Assembly (NCBI GenBank): GCA_965217095.1
Contig: OZ244235.1
Location: 3,336,175-3,400,174 of the forward strand
DNA: 64,000 nucleotides
Origin: Candidatus Latescibacterota bacterium
GTDB taxonomy: Bacteria; Latescibacterota; UBA2968; UBA8231
Direction: 5' to 3'
Under the pieces are notes generated by a model. That model saw only the letters and a list, made by a program, of their open reading frames with translations. It was not told where the DNA came from and made no database searches. Each line of letters opens with the position of its first letter. The first letter of the stretch is position 1. This document shows, in pieces, positions 28,166 to 38,353 of this stretch. A program made the position numbers and the translations under genes.

Positions 28166-29173
28166 ATGAATTATCACGTCTACATATCCAACTCCGGCAG
28201 CGAGTTCTTCTCCAAGTTCATTCTAGAAGAGGGCAAGTTGACCAGAGAAGACGATATCGCGCTCGACGATTGTCCCGGCGCTGTCGCCACTACGGCCGAT
28301 GGCGGTTTACTGTTTGTCTGTCTGCGTTCACCAAAGCAGCTGGAGAGCTTCCGGGTAGATCGGAAAAGCGGCAGCCTTTCCTCCATCGGCAAGGTCGATG
28401 TCGAGGACGGGCCGCCTTACCTGAAGACCGACAATACCGATCGGTATCTGCTTTCGGCCTGCTATCGCGCCGGCCTCGTCACGGTGCACCGGATCGCAGA
28501 CGACGGCTCGCTGAGCGCCGAACCGCTGCAGCGCATCGAAACGGAGGAGCACGCCCACAGCATCCAGACCGACCGTGCCAACCGGTTCGCCTTCGTGCCG
28601 CACACCAATCCGGCCAACGCCATCTATCAGTTTCGCCTTGACGAATCGACCGGGGCACTATCTGCCAACGATCCTGCCAAGATTCAACCGGCAACGGCGG
28701 AAGGTCCGCGCCACTTCGCCTTCCATCCCAGCAAGGAGATCCTCTACTCGGTCAACGAAAACGGCTGCACCGTCAGCGCCCATCATTTCGATCCTGCCGC
28801 AGGAACCCTGGAATCGTTCCAGGTGATCTCCACCCACCCGGAGGGATTCACCGGCGAGAACCAATCCACCGCGGAAATCCGGGTTACCCAGGACGGAAGG
28901 CACCTCTACGCCTCTAATCGAGGTCACGACAGCCTGGCCATATACAGCATCAACGACGACGGCACGCTCGCAGTGGTCGGGCATCAACCCACCGAAGCGA
29001 TCCCCCGATTCTTCGCTATCGATCCCACCGGAGATTTCATTCTCGCGGTGGGATCGGATTCCGGCCGCCTCGCCAGTTACCGGATCGATCACGAAAGCGG
29101 CAACCTGCAACCCCTGGAAACCCACAAGGTGGGAGAATCGCCGCTGTGGATCCAGTTCGTGGAAGCGGACTAA
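28166..29173 (+). CDS. Lactonase, 7-bladed beta-propeller (6-phosphogluconolactonase-like) family
   Basis: 335 aa with repeated propeller blades (..DGGLLFVC.., ..DRYLLSACY.., ..NRFAFVPH.., ..HFAFHPSKEILYSVNE.., ..DGRHLYASNRG.., ..DFILAVGSDSG..). Confidence 0.6.
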   Translation: MNYHVYISNSGSEFFSKFILEEGKLTREDDIALDDCPGAVATTADGGLLFVCLRSPKQLESFRVDRKSGSLSSIGKVDVEDGPPYLKTDNTDRYLLSACYRAGLVTVHRIADDGSLSAEPLQRIETEEHAHSIQTDRANRFAFVPHTNPANAIYQFRLDESTGALSANDPAKIQPATAEGPRHFAFHPSKEILYSVNENGCTVSAHHFDPAAGTLESFQVISTHPEGFTGENQSTAEIRVTQDGRHLYASNRGHDSLAIYSINDDGTLAVVGHQPTEAIPRFFAIDPTGDFILAVGSDSGRLASYRIDHESGNLQPLETHKVGESPLWIQFVEAD

Positions 29174-29291
29174 TTCACGTGTCGTGGCCGGTCGAGCTGT
29201 TCTGGTGGAAGGGTCCGCGTGCAGGTCCGAACTCGGCGGGCGATGAATCCGAACGCCAGACCGACGACCAATCCCGTGAGAACCACCGTAG

Positions 29292-30113
29292 TCATCGCAG
29301 CTTCTCCCTTCTCCAGAGCGGATACAGAAAGCGGCCTGCCAGACTTCTCGGAAACAGTTCCATATCTGCGAACCCGAGTCGGCTTGGCTGCTCTTCAACC
29401 ACGGACCGGTACGCGGTGCCAAAGAGCCAGTCCCACACGCTGAAAACAATACCGTAGTTTTGGCCTGCTTTGCCGTGCAACACAACTTCGTGATGCCAGA
29501 CGTGAAAGCGCGGTGAGTTGATGACATACCCCAAGGGACCCCAACCAATTTTCAGGTTGGAGTGATTGAGATGCCCAATAAGCGTGCCAACTATTGCGAC
29601 CCACAGGATCACCTTGCCGTCGATACCCAACACTACAAGCGGCAAATAGGTGAGTCCTTTGTAGATGACGATTTCCATCCAGTGAAATCGCATGTTTCCG
29701 ATCCAGTCAAGTTCCTCGATGCTGTGGTGCAGTTTATGGAATTCCCACATCCAGGTCACTCGGTGCAATACGTTGTGCACGCACCATTCCAGAAAATCCT
29801 TCAATTCCAGAAAGACGACAAACTGCGCCCACAAGGGGCTCTCCATCAGCAGTTGAAGAGACTCGGGCGACGGTAACTGCCACGCACCTGTCAATTGTCT
29901 GCCCTGCTGAAGTAACCAGCCGACGAGGAAAGCCAGGAGTACGCCGGCATAGTGACCGTTGAAAACAAGCCAGAAAAAATCCTGCCCGATCTGGTCTCTA
30001 AACGCCCCCTGCCGCGGACGCCATGGTGAGATTCGCTCTAGTATCCAGCAGAAGATCGATATGGCCAAAAGCCAGAAAAAATAATGACACGTATCCCATA
30101 TGATGTTCAGCAT
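29292..30113 (-). CDS. Fatty-acid hydroxylase / sterol desaturase superfamily integral membrane protein
   Basis: 273 aa with histidine boxes HNVLH, FHKLHHS and HVWHHE. Confidence 0.65.
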   Translation of the reverse strand: MLNIIWDTCHYFFWLLAISIFCWILERISPWRPRQGAFRDQIGQDFFWLVFNGHYAGVLLAFLVGWLLQQGRQLTGAWQLPSPESLQLLMESPLWAQFVVFLELKDFLEWCVHNVLHRVTWMWEFHKLHHSIEELDWIGNMRFHWMEIVIYKGLTYLPLVVLGIDGKVILWVAIVGTLIGHLNHSNLKIGWGPLGYVINSPRFHVWHHEVVLHGKAGQNYGIVFSVWDWLFGTAYRSVVEEQPSRLGFADMELFPRSLAGRFLYPLWRREKLR

Positions 30114-30405
30114 GGCAAACCGCCCATTGAAATATCCGTTGAACCGCTACCCCGCGCCGGTGCGCTGGACGCCACGGGCAGCGGGGCACTACGGGTGTCG
30201 GAGCCACTACGCATGGTCTGCCTATATGTTACTAAAATGCATGGGTGAAATCCCGCGGGTCACGGTCGCTCCCGAACTGCGGAAGAACGGCGCCGATGAG
30301 CATAAAACTACATTGTGGAAGCGGTGGAACGAAGTCGCTGGGTTCACTACGTTAGGCGCGGGCATTCTTGTTCACCTGCGCACCGCTACGGCGAGAGGAG
30401 CCGAG

Positions 30406-31494
30406 ATGCGATTGTTTCGAATAAGCCTCGCTGGCGCAATGCTGTTTCTGTGCAACTCTATCCGCGCCGACGACACCATAAGTTTCAAGGTACGGATCCA
30501 GCCCCGCGCCGACCTCGGTGACTTCTCCTCCGGCGCGCGGGAAGATTACCGAACACAACTCGACTTCTATATGCGCCGCAGCCGATTGGAGCTCCTCGGC
30601 CGGCCCGTCGAGGGGGTTTATTACATTCTGGCGGTCTCGGGCGATCGATGGGGCCAGCGCGGCGCTTCGGGTGGCGGTGATGTCGCCTACGCGTTCGTCA
30701 ACTACCGGCTCGGGCCCTCTGCCGAGCTGCGCGCCGGGCTCGTAAAACTACCCTATTCCCGCGGTGCCCTGGTTTCCAGCTCACGCATCCTGCTCATCGA
30801 ACGCACGCGATCCGTTGCGAATGCCGCGTCTGCCTTCGGCCATTACATAACGCCGCATCTGACTCTCCACGGTAGATTGAGAAACGAATCTGTGGGCTAT
30901 TACGTGGCGGTTATGGACGGCCTGCAACCGGGCGATGCTGATCGGTTCACGCGGGCGTCGGTTTCCTCGAGTGAGAATTCCGGGATGGTCGCCAGGCTGG
31001 AGTTCTCACCGGATGGCTGGCTCGAAGGGCGCGAGAGTGATTCGCACCTCGGTGTCGGCCGCCACCTCACCGTGGGGCTAAACGGCGCTTTTCAGAACGG
31101 GATCGAGTTCGGTGGGGTAGGCGAAGACAGGCTTGTGTATGGGGTTGATTTCTCATTCCATCGGGGCGGACTCACATTCCAGACCGAATATCTCCAGGTC
31201 GATCGCGACGGACCCAATGATTTCTCACCGGCGGGATGGTATGTGCAGATCGGCAACTACGTTTCAAGTCTCAAGCTGGAGCCGGCGGGCAGGTTCGAGC
31301 GTTTCGACTCCGACCTTCCCGGGGGTGGCGATGTCGTCACCGTCTACACCGGCGGTCTCAACTGGTACCGCAATGGTCACGACCTCAAGTTCATGGCCAA
31401 CATCGTCCACACCCGGTTTGAGCGCCGCGTGCGAGAGCTCGACGACGCGTCTTCGCGGACACTACTCCAGCTTCACAGCCAGCTCTACTTCTGA
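30406..31494 (+). CDS. Putative outer-membrane beta-barrel porin (phosphate-selective porin O/P-like)
   Basis: I moved the start to the ATG at 30406 (RBS gagaggag); the track ORF starts at 30100. Signal peptide MRLFRISLAGAMLFLCNSIRADD. The sequence shows alternating beta-strand character and ends with an aromatic C-terminus (..LHSQLYF). Confidence 0.4.
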   Translation: MRLFRISLAGAMLFLCNSIRADDTISFKVRIQPRADLGDFSSGAREDYRTQLDFYMRRSRLELLGRPVEGVYYILAVSGDRWGQRGASGGGDVAYAFVNYRLGPSAELRAGLVKLPYSRGALVSSSRILLIERTRSVANAASAFGHYITPHLTLHGRLRNESVGYYVAVMDGLQPGDADRFTRASVSSSENSGMVARLEFSPDGWLEGRESDSHLGVGRHLTVGLNGAFQNGIEFGGVGEDRLVYGVDFSFHRGGLTFQTEYLQVDRDGPNDFSPAGWYVQIGNYVSSLKLEPAGRFERFDSDLPGGGDVVTVYTGGLNWYRNGHDLKFMANIVHTRFERRVRELDDASSRTLLQLHSQLYF

Positions 31495-31501
31495 TCTCGG
31501 A

Positions 31502-32889
31502 CTATTCGGTTGACGGGCGGTGCTGAATCCACAAGCTCGCAATGGTGGAGACAAGAGCCGAAGCTACTACCAGAGACAGCACCCGCATGAATCCATTCAT
31601 CTCATCCGCAACACCATACAGCATGGGCAGCGCACTCGACCCTGCAATGCTGCCGATGTAGCGAGAGGTCGAGAACATGCCCGAGGCGGACCCCGATTGC
31701 TCCCGCCGCACCGCTTCGAGCACGGCTGTCTGCAAGCCCGCCTGTGACAGACCGAGCCCAACTCCGGCTATTCCCAGCCCCATCAAAAGCACCCACAGAT
31801 CGTTCGAACCACCCAGTAGTCCAAGAACTGCCATGCCAACGGTCAGTAGAAACAAACCAATGGTGGTCGGCCAGCGACGGCCCCAGCGATCGGCGAGCCA
31901 ACCTCCAAACGGTGCGCATACCACCGATGGCACCCACAAGGCGGAGAGTACGAGGCCTATCTGAGGACTCGACCAATCGGGCAGTCGGCCAGCAACAGCG
32001 GAATGGCCAGGAAGGCCGTGTACATGGCCAGGTTGCTGAGTGCAACCCCCGCGTTGGCGGCGGCAAAGGTGACATTGCGAAAGAATCGCGGCTGAAAAAT
32101 CGGATCATCGTGGCGCGCTTCACGGCGCAGGAAATGCGCGACCAACAACACGAGTAACCCGGCAATCCCCCATGTCACGATCGTGGACTGGGTTGGTGCC
32201 GCGCCAGTCATCAGTGCGGCCGCGCCTGACAGGATGACGAGAAGCTGCAAGGCGCCGATCAAATCGAACGGCGGATGACGTTTCTCGCCAGGGAGACCAG
32301 GGAGCGCGCGGAACGCAACGATCAGCGCCGGCAAGATGACGAAGACGTTTACGTAGAACACCGAAGGCCAGCCGAAGAGTCGGATCAGGACCCCCCCGAG
32401 CGGAGGTCCGGCGGCGGCACCGAGGACAATCGCTGACCCCAGCAAACCGATGCGACTGGCCCGGCGCTCGGCAGGAACCACCTCCCGCAGAAGTGCCATG
32501 CCATTCGGCATCACGATAGCACCCGCGATGGCCTGTTGAATGCGAAAGATCATCAGCTCTGAGAAGCTAGAAGCGGTACCGGCGGCCAGCGAAGCCAGCG
32601 CAAAATAAATCAGGCCACCAATAATCAGCGGTCGTCGACCGAAACGGTCCCCCAGCTTTCCGCCAACGGGTTGCAAAGCTGCCATGGTGATCAAGTAGGC
32701 GATCACCAACCAGCTCCCCGACTCCAGGTCAATGCTAAACTCCCCCATGATTACCGGGAGAGCCACACCTATCATGGTCGAGTTCAGCGGCGCCAGCACC
32801 GTAGCCAGCGCCACTGTAATCAGAATTGCCGTCTCGTTCCTTGGCGCCCCCAGGTCGGGTACGCCATGGCGCTCGCTCTCAGTCGACAA
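31502..32889 (-). CDS. MFS transporter; apparent frameshift near 31940-31990 splits it into 310-aa and 145-aa ORFs
   Basis: The N-terminal half (6-7 TM helices, GGKLGDRFGRRP motif) occupies 31957-32889. The C-terminal half (GGWLADRWGRRW motif) occupies 31502-31939. Total length 1388 nt is not divisible by 3. Confidence 0.6.
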
Positions 32890-34035
32890 TGCGGACGAGG
32901 CCGGCGTCGCCGTCCACTTCGACCGTCTGGCCGTCGCTGATCATACTCGAGCCCACGGCTGTGCCGACGACGGCCGGAATGCGATACTCCCGCGCCACCA
33001 CAGCGCAGTGGCTGAGGATGCCGCCGGTATCGGTGACGATAGCCGCTGCGGTAGCGAATAACGGCGTCCACGGCGCCGCCGTCGTCTCCGCCACCAGTAC
33101 GTCCCCGAGCTTGAGCTTGTCGGCGTCGTCCAGCGAGCGAATGACCCTCGCCGTTCCCCGAACTTTCCCCGGAGACCCGGCGTGTCCTTTCAGAGTATCC
33201 GCTTCATCAGCCGGCTCCGGTGGCAGCCCGAAGAACTTGCCGAAGGCCATCGCGATCAAACTGGGGGGAGGGGGGCCGTAGTCCGTGCCCATGAACAGGG
33301 GCGGACTCAGTGCTCCGAAATGCTTCAGTTCTTGCTTCCGTGCGGCGACGAGAGCAGTGTGGTCAGGTGCTGGCGAGGCCGCTGCCGCCGCAGAAATTTC
33401 AGCCATGTTCAGGAAGAAGACGTCCATCGACGCTGCGATAATGCCCGCGGTCGTCAGCCGTTGACCGAGTTCCATAACGACCTGCCGCACGCGATAACAA
33501 GCGTTGAAATCGATCCAGAAACCGTGATCTTCCGTCAGCACGATAGCGGCCGAAGCTGCGGTGAGCAGGGTTTCGAATTCGTCTCGAACATTCGCCGGAT
33601 AACCCTGCAGCTGCCCCCTGGCGGCAGCGATGGCGCTGTCTCGCTCGGCGGCCCGTTCTCGCAGCTGCGTTTCGGGGTCATCCTTTTGTTCCATGTAGTC
33701 CTTCAGGTTCACGATCACCGGACTGGGGTCCTCGATCCAGCTGGTGTGACAGATGCCCCACATCGATCCACGTTGCCCGTAGGCCGCAAGAAAATCGTCC
33801 AATTCCTTCAGGAATTTCCGTCCTGCGTCCGATTCCCCAAGCGCCTTTGTCACCTCCCCCGCGTCGCGCTCTGCGACGACTGGTCGCACCACTTCGTCAC
33901 CCGCGGCCTTACGACTCAGTCGCGACAGCGCCCGGCCTAACTCGAGCGACTTGTTGTCGAACCCCTCCAGCAGCTTCTGCGAACCGAAGCTCCCCTCCTC
34001 CGAAAACAGGTCGTGATGCAACTCATCGAACAATG
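32879..34035 (-). pseudogene. C-terminal fragment of a PEP-utilising enzyme (phosphohistidine swivel/mobile domain), separated from its 5' part by an IS1380-family insertion
   Basis: C-terminal sequence GSPGKVRGTARVI...GDVLVAETTAAPWTPLFATAAAIVTDTGGILSHCAVVAREYRIPAVVG is the PEP-utilisers mobile domain. The first ~70 codons of the track ORF (34036-34243) are IS sequence read through. Confidence 0.6.
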
Positions 34036-34039
34036 CTAG

Positions 34040-35643
34040 CCTGAATAATTCATGAATCCGCACCAAGCGAACGAATTCGGTGCGCTGGTCAATGGCTGGA
34101 CGTTTTGGTAGCGGGTTGATCGAGTGCTGTCGGTCGTCGAGGTGTTGTCTGGGAGATCTGAGCCTCTTTTGGATGTCATTGGGACAGTCGGGTCCCTTGG
34201 TGGATCGTGTGCGTGGATGTAGTGGGACATCGCAAAGCATCATGAGGTGTCGAGGTTGAGGACGACGGTGCGCATCAGATCCTTGAGCGGGTATGACGTC
34301 GGAAAGTGAAAACGGACCTTGGTGGCTTGCTCCCGCACGCGGGCGCCGATTTTGAGCACCCGGAGTTGGATCGTGTTAAAGTTGGACGTCGTCCATTGGG
34401 TGCCGCGCATGCCAATCTGTTGGATCGTGTGCAGCAGCACGTAGGCCGCGCTGTGCAGGAAGAGGCGAAATTGGTTGGCCGAGAAGCGGTGGCAGGAGGT
34501 GCGGTCGGACTGCAGGTAGGTCTTGTGATTCTTGATGAAGCCTTCCGACCGCCCACGAGCGCAGTAGATCTCCTCATACAGAAACTCGGGAGTGCGGTTG
34601 CGGATATTGGTCACCACGAAGCGCGGGTTGGCTTTGCCTTGTGTGATCTCGGCCTTGTAGATAATCTGGCGCGGTCGGGGCCAGCTCTTGGCCTGATACT
34701 CGAAGCGGTCAAAAAGCCGCACCGGTTCATCGCTCTGCTCGGCCAGCGCCGCCACCAGCTCCATCAGCGGTTCGCCGAGTGCCTTGAGCTTGTTGTTGAT
34801 CGCCTGTCCCAGAATGAAATCAATACCGTATCCGTCGCACAGGTCGTGCACCTCAGGGGTGCTGAAGTGTGAGTCGCCTCGTAAGGTGATCTTCGTCTTC
34901 GGCCACACCATGATCAAATGATCCAACACGCGTTTGAGGATGGCTACCGCCTCTCGGCCTCGCATTCTACGACCGGGTCGCAGCAGCGTCGTGATCAATT
35001 TGCCCGACTCCCCTTCGTAGAGATGGACCGGAAGGTAGCAATACTCGTCATAGTAGGCATGGAACAACGTGAGTTGCTGGGCGCCGTGTGCCGGATCGTC
35101 CGTGTCGTCGATGTCGATGGTGAGCTTCTTGGGCGGCTGGTCGTAAGACTCGATGAATATTTCCAGCAAAGCGAGCCCGATGCGATACAGATCCGAGCGG
35201 CTGACACTGTTTTCCAAACGAGACATGGTTGGTTGACTGGCCAAATCGTCTCCCGTCAGAGGCAGACGGTCGCACGCGGTTTTCAGACCCGGATCGCAAC
35301 GCAGGTCGTCACTGTCATTGGCGTACTCGTAGCCACAGGCGATCTGGAATACGCGCTGCCGGATGAGGTCAGTATACGTATGGTCGATATAGCTTTGATG
35401 TCGACGATCCCGGTGCGGGCTTCCGCTTGTCGCAGAAGCAGGGCGCCCCCATCACTGGTGGTCATGCCACCGTCAAAATCAGCTTCGATCTTTTTGCCCG
35501 AGATGTTTGCAAACGATAGCGCGATCTGCGAAGTTTCCATCTGCGGTGGCCCTCTTGATTGGTTGTTGTTTGTGGGTAACCCTAACGTAGGGCAAAACAA
35601 CCAGTTGTACAGAGGCTCACCGCATTTTTATGAATAATTCAGG
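34040..35643 (-). mobile_element. IS1380-family insertion sequence (1604 bp) with imperfect terminal inverted repeats (CCTGAATAATTCATGAA / TTTATGAATAATTCAGG) and a 4-bp target-site duplication CTAG (34036-34039 and 35644-35647)
   Basis: The transposase carries the IS1380 hallmark ...DDLASQPTMSRLEN.... CTAG flanks both ends. The reading frame of the interrupted host gene is continuous across the junction once one CTAG is removed. Confidence 0.7.
34240..35540 (-). pseudogene. IS1380-family DDE transposase, frameshifted near 35385-35400
   Basis: N-terminal piece METSQIALSFANISGKKIEADFDGGMTTSDGGALLLRQAEARTGIVD (35540-35400). The rest, ..DHTYTDLIRQRVFQIACGYEYANDSDDLRCDPGLKTACDRLPLTGDDLASQPTMSRLENSVS..., continues in another frame into the 334-aa ORF 34240-35244. 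Confidence 0.65.
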
Positions 35644-35647
35644 CTAG

Positions 35648-36163
35648 AGCCACGTAGACGGGAATTACGGTCTGAAAGTGAATCTCGAACACACGCATGG
35701 ACTCTTCCCACACGCTTTCGAAATGGGTGACCAGCTCAGGGGTGGATGCCTGGGCAAGATCGAAGCTGTCCCATTTGTCGATCAGGCCCTTGATCTCGGG
35801 CAGCCACTCCTGGTCCCACCGCTCCTGCAACCGGTGCACGGAAGCCATCACGATCTCGTCCGATTTCTTCCCCTGTTCCGCCATTTTTTCATGAGGCACG
35901 GATGGAAAGACGCCGAAGTACACCCAATAGTTGAAAACCTTGACGACGGCCTGGACAGGCATCTCGTAGTGGACCATCGCCAGATGCAGACCGTGCATGA
36001 AGCGCGTCCAGAATTCACTCTCCAACGGCGGCATGGCGTCCGGGAAGTGCATCTTGTCGAGTTGCCACGGGATCTTCTGCTCGTCCGGCGACGACCACTC
36101 GACCGGAAAGTCCTTTTGTAGTGGAAGGGTTACGGGTTCGGGTGGATGTCCAGGTTCAGCCAT
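35648..36163 (-). pseudogene. N-terminal fragment (172 codons) of the IS-disrupted PEP-utilising enzyme gene
   Basis: Starts at ATG 36163 (MAEPGHPPEP..., RBS agagaaagg). The sequence ..FESVWEESMRVFEIHFQTVIPVYVAL then runs into the IS right end. Its frame matches the C-terminal fragment at 34035. Confidence 0.55.
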
Positions 36164-36223
36164 GATCGGTCCTTTCTCTGGATGCGTTTTTCTCAGGTTT
36201 GATCCGGTTCGATAAGTGTCGTT

Positions 36224-37356
36224 GGGGGTATCCATTTAACCGGAGTTACCATATGTTCAGTGCATGGCGTATCCTCGCGCTGGCAAGCACTACCCGGGCT
36301 CGGTTGGCGAGTTTCAAGCCTGGTTTCGAACCGATGCGGACTGCCTGGACTACCTCGAATGGCTGCGGTGGCCCGACGGCTTCGTCTGTCCGAGTTGCGG
36401 CCACGAAGGCGGTTGGCGCTTGGGCGATGGCCGCTTCATGTGTCCGGCGTGTTCGACACGCAGTTCGGTGACGGCCGGTACGATCTTCGATCGGACGCGG
36501 ACACCCTTGACGATATGGTACACCGCCTGCTGGCTGTTCGCCACCGGTAAAGACGGGATCTCGGCGTTGAGCTTGAAGCGAGTACTGGAGATCAGCTCCT
36601 ACCAGACTGCCTGGGCCATGCTGCACCGCCTGCGGTCGGTGTTGGTACGTCCCGGTCGGGATCTGCTGAGCGGGACGGTACAGGTGGACGAGACCTACAT
36701 CGGCGGCGCCGAGCCTGGGCTGGCCGGTGGCCGCGCTAGGGGCAAGAAGGTGCTGACCGGTATCGCAGTTGAGGTTCATGAGCCGAGAGGATTGGGGCGG
36801 TGCCGCATGTCGCCACTGGCCGATGCCTCTGCCGAGACCTTGCACGCGTTCGTGATGGATCACGTCGAGCCGGGCTCGACGATCATCACCGACGGGTGGC
36901 CCGCTTATCAGGGACTGGCTCAGCTCGGCTACGAGCACGATCGGCGCAGCCAGGGCGCGGCCCGCGCTCGGGGCGATGATCCCAACAAGCTGTTGCCCGC
37001 CGTGCACCGCGTTGTCTCACTGGCCAAGCGGTGGCTGCTGGGAACGCATCAAGGGGCCGCCGACAGTACCCACATGAGCCACTACCTCAACGAGTTCGTG
37101 TTCCGCTTCAATCGCCGCCGCTCCCGCAGCCGCGGCATGGTGTTTTATCGCGTGCTCGAGCTGGCCGTGGCCCACGAGCCGATGCGTTTCCAGGATCTCA
37201 TTGCCAGCCGACGGCCGAGGAAGCTGCCCCCCGAGCCGCCCAAACGGCGAGGGCATCCCACGAGCCTGGAACGCCCAGGGGCAAACCGGCCGTGGCGGTC
37301 GGCGGCCGAACACTGATGGGGGTCGCGACGCACTCCGGTTAAATGGATACCCCCAA
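36224..37356 (+). mobile_element. IS1595-family insertion sequence, copy A (1133 bp), perfect ~25-bp terminal inverted repeats (TTGGGGGTATCCATTTAACCGGAGT), flanking direct repeat GTGTCGTT (36216-36223 and 37357-37364)
   Basis: Ends gggggtatccatttaaccggagt ... actccggttaaatggataccccc. Its transposase ORF is identical in protein sequence to copy B. Confidence 0.8.
36264..37316 (+). CDS. IS1595-family transposase (N-terminal zinc-ribbon plus DDE domain), copy A
   Basis: 350 aa: ..FRTDADCLDYLEWLRWPDGFVCPSCGHEGGWRL..GRFMCPACSTRSSVTAGTIF.. is the IS1595 zinc-ribbon. The DDE core follows. Confidence 0.8.
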   Translation: MAYPRAGKHYPGSVGEFQAWFRTDADCLDYLEWLRWPDGFVCPSCGHEGGWRLGDGRFMCPACSTRSSVTAGTIFDRTRTPLTIWYTACWLFATGKDGISALSLKRVLEISSYQTAWAMLHRLRSVLVRPGRDLLSGTVQVDETYIGGAEPGLAGGRARGKKVLTGIAVEVHEPRGLGRCRMSPLADASAETLHAFVMDHVEPGSTIITDGWPAYQGLAQLGYEHDRRSQGAARARGDDPNKLLPAVHRVVSLAKRWLLGTHQGAADSTHMSHYLNEFVFRFNRRRSRSRGMVFYRVLELAVAHEPMRFQDLIASRRPRKLPPEPPKRRGHPTSLERPGANRPWRSAAEH

Positions 37357-38218
37357 GTGTCGTTATCAATCGACATTGCAACAGGTAGAGCTCGTCTCCC
37401 TTGAAGGCGCTCTCTACATCGACGGGCCAGCCCATTTTCTCCTCGAGACCAATGGCCAGTTTCGCCATGGAAACCGCTTGCTCTTCGGAGATCGTCGGCT
37501 GCGAGCGCATGAACCTCGGAACGGCTACTTCCTTCGTGCCACCCGGGACCGTTACCGTCATACAATCCTTTTCCGCTATGCGAGATTCCGTTACCGAAAG
37601 ATCCTGTTTGCTGACGACAAACGTGTCCGGGCTGACCGTTCCTCCTACTATGCTTTCTCCCAATCCCCAGCTGGAGTTGATAACGACTTCCTCTTGATTG
37701 TGGGTGACCGGATTGGCACTGAAGATTACGGCCGCCGAATCCGCGGGCACGAGTTGCTGCACAAGGACGGCCATTTCGATGTCTTCAGACAAGAGTCCAT
37801 AGCGTTCCCTGTACTCCATCACTTGATCGGAGCGCGTCGACTTCCAGCAGCGCACCACGGCATCGGCGATCGCCTCGGTGCCCTCCAGGTTCAGGTAGGT
37901 CTCATACTGACCGGCAAAAGAAGCGAAGCGACCGTCTTCGTCGATGGCGGAAGAACGTACCGCAACGCTGGGTCGATCTGCGTCGCAACGCAGGGCCATC
38001 TCGGCGTACAATTCAGCTAGCTGGCGTAGAAGCTCCGGCGGTATTTCTTCCGCATCGCCAGCTTCGCGATTAGCCCACTGCCGAAATGCCGCGGTCGTCA
38101 GGCAGAATCCGGGGGGGACACGATGTTCCGCCGCCAGCCGGCTCAGATTGGCAACCTTGCCGCCAACAGAAGAGACATCCTGACATTCTGCCTGATCGAG
38201 CCAAATAATCTGCGCCAT
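37357..38218 (-). CDS. PEP/pyruvate-binding (PPDK_N, ATP-grasp-like) domain protein; last ~7 codons displaced by IS1595 copy A
   Basis: MAQIIWLDQAECQDVSSVGGKVANLSRL...VPPGFCLTTAAF...VAVRSSAIDEDGRFASFAGQYETYLNL is the pyruvate-phosphate-dikinase N-terminal domain. The pre-insertion reading frame ends ...QCRLITTLIEPDQT* 30 nt before the downstream gene start at 36163. Confidence 0.6.
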
Positions 38219-38353
38219 GTGGTGCCAGACCTAGTTCGAGATCCCGGGTATTGCAGGAAGAATAAAGGAACTTTCAGGCGAGGACCGCAAACATGCGGTA
38301 TTGACGGCCAATTTGGAGCCACCGTCGACGCGAACGGTTTTCTCGGTAATAGA

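Noticed and set aside
34036-34230. 64-aa minus-strand ORF downstream of the IS1380 transposase stop, considered as a frameshifted C-terminal continuation of the transposase
   Set aside because: Its translation shows no similarity I recognise to IS1380 transposase C-termini. I leave it as IS-internal non-coding sequence.
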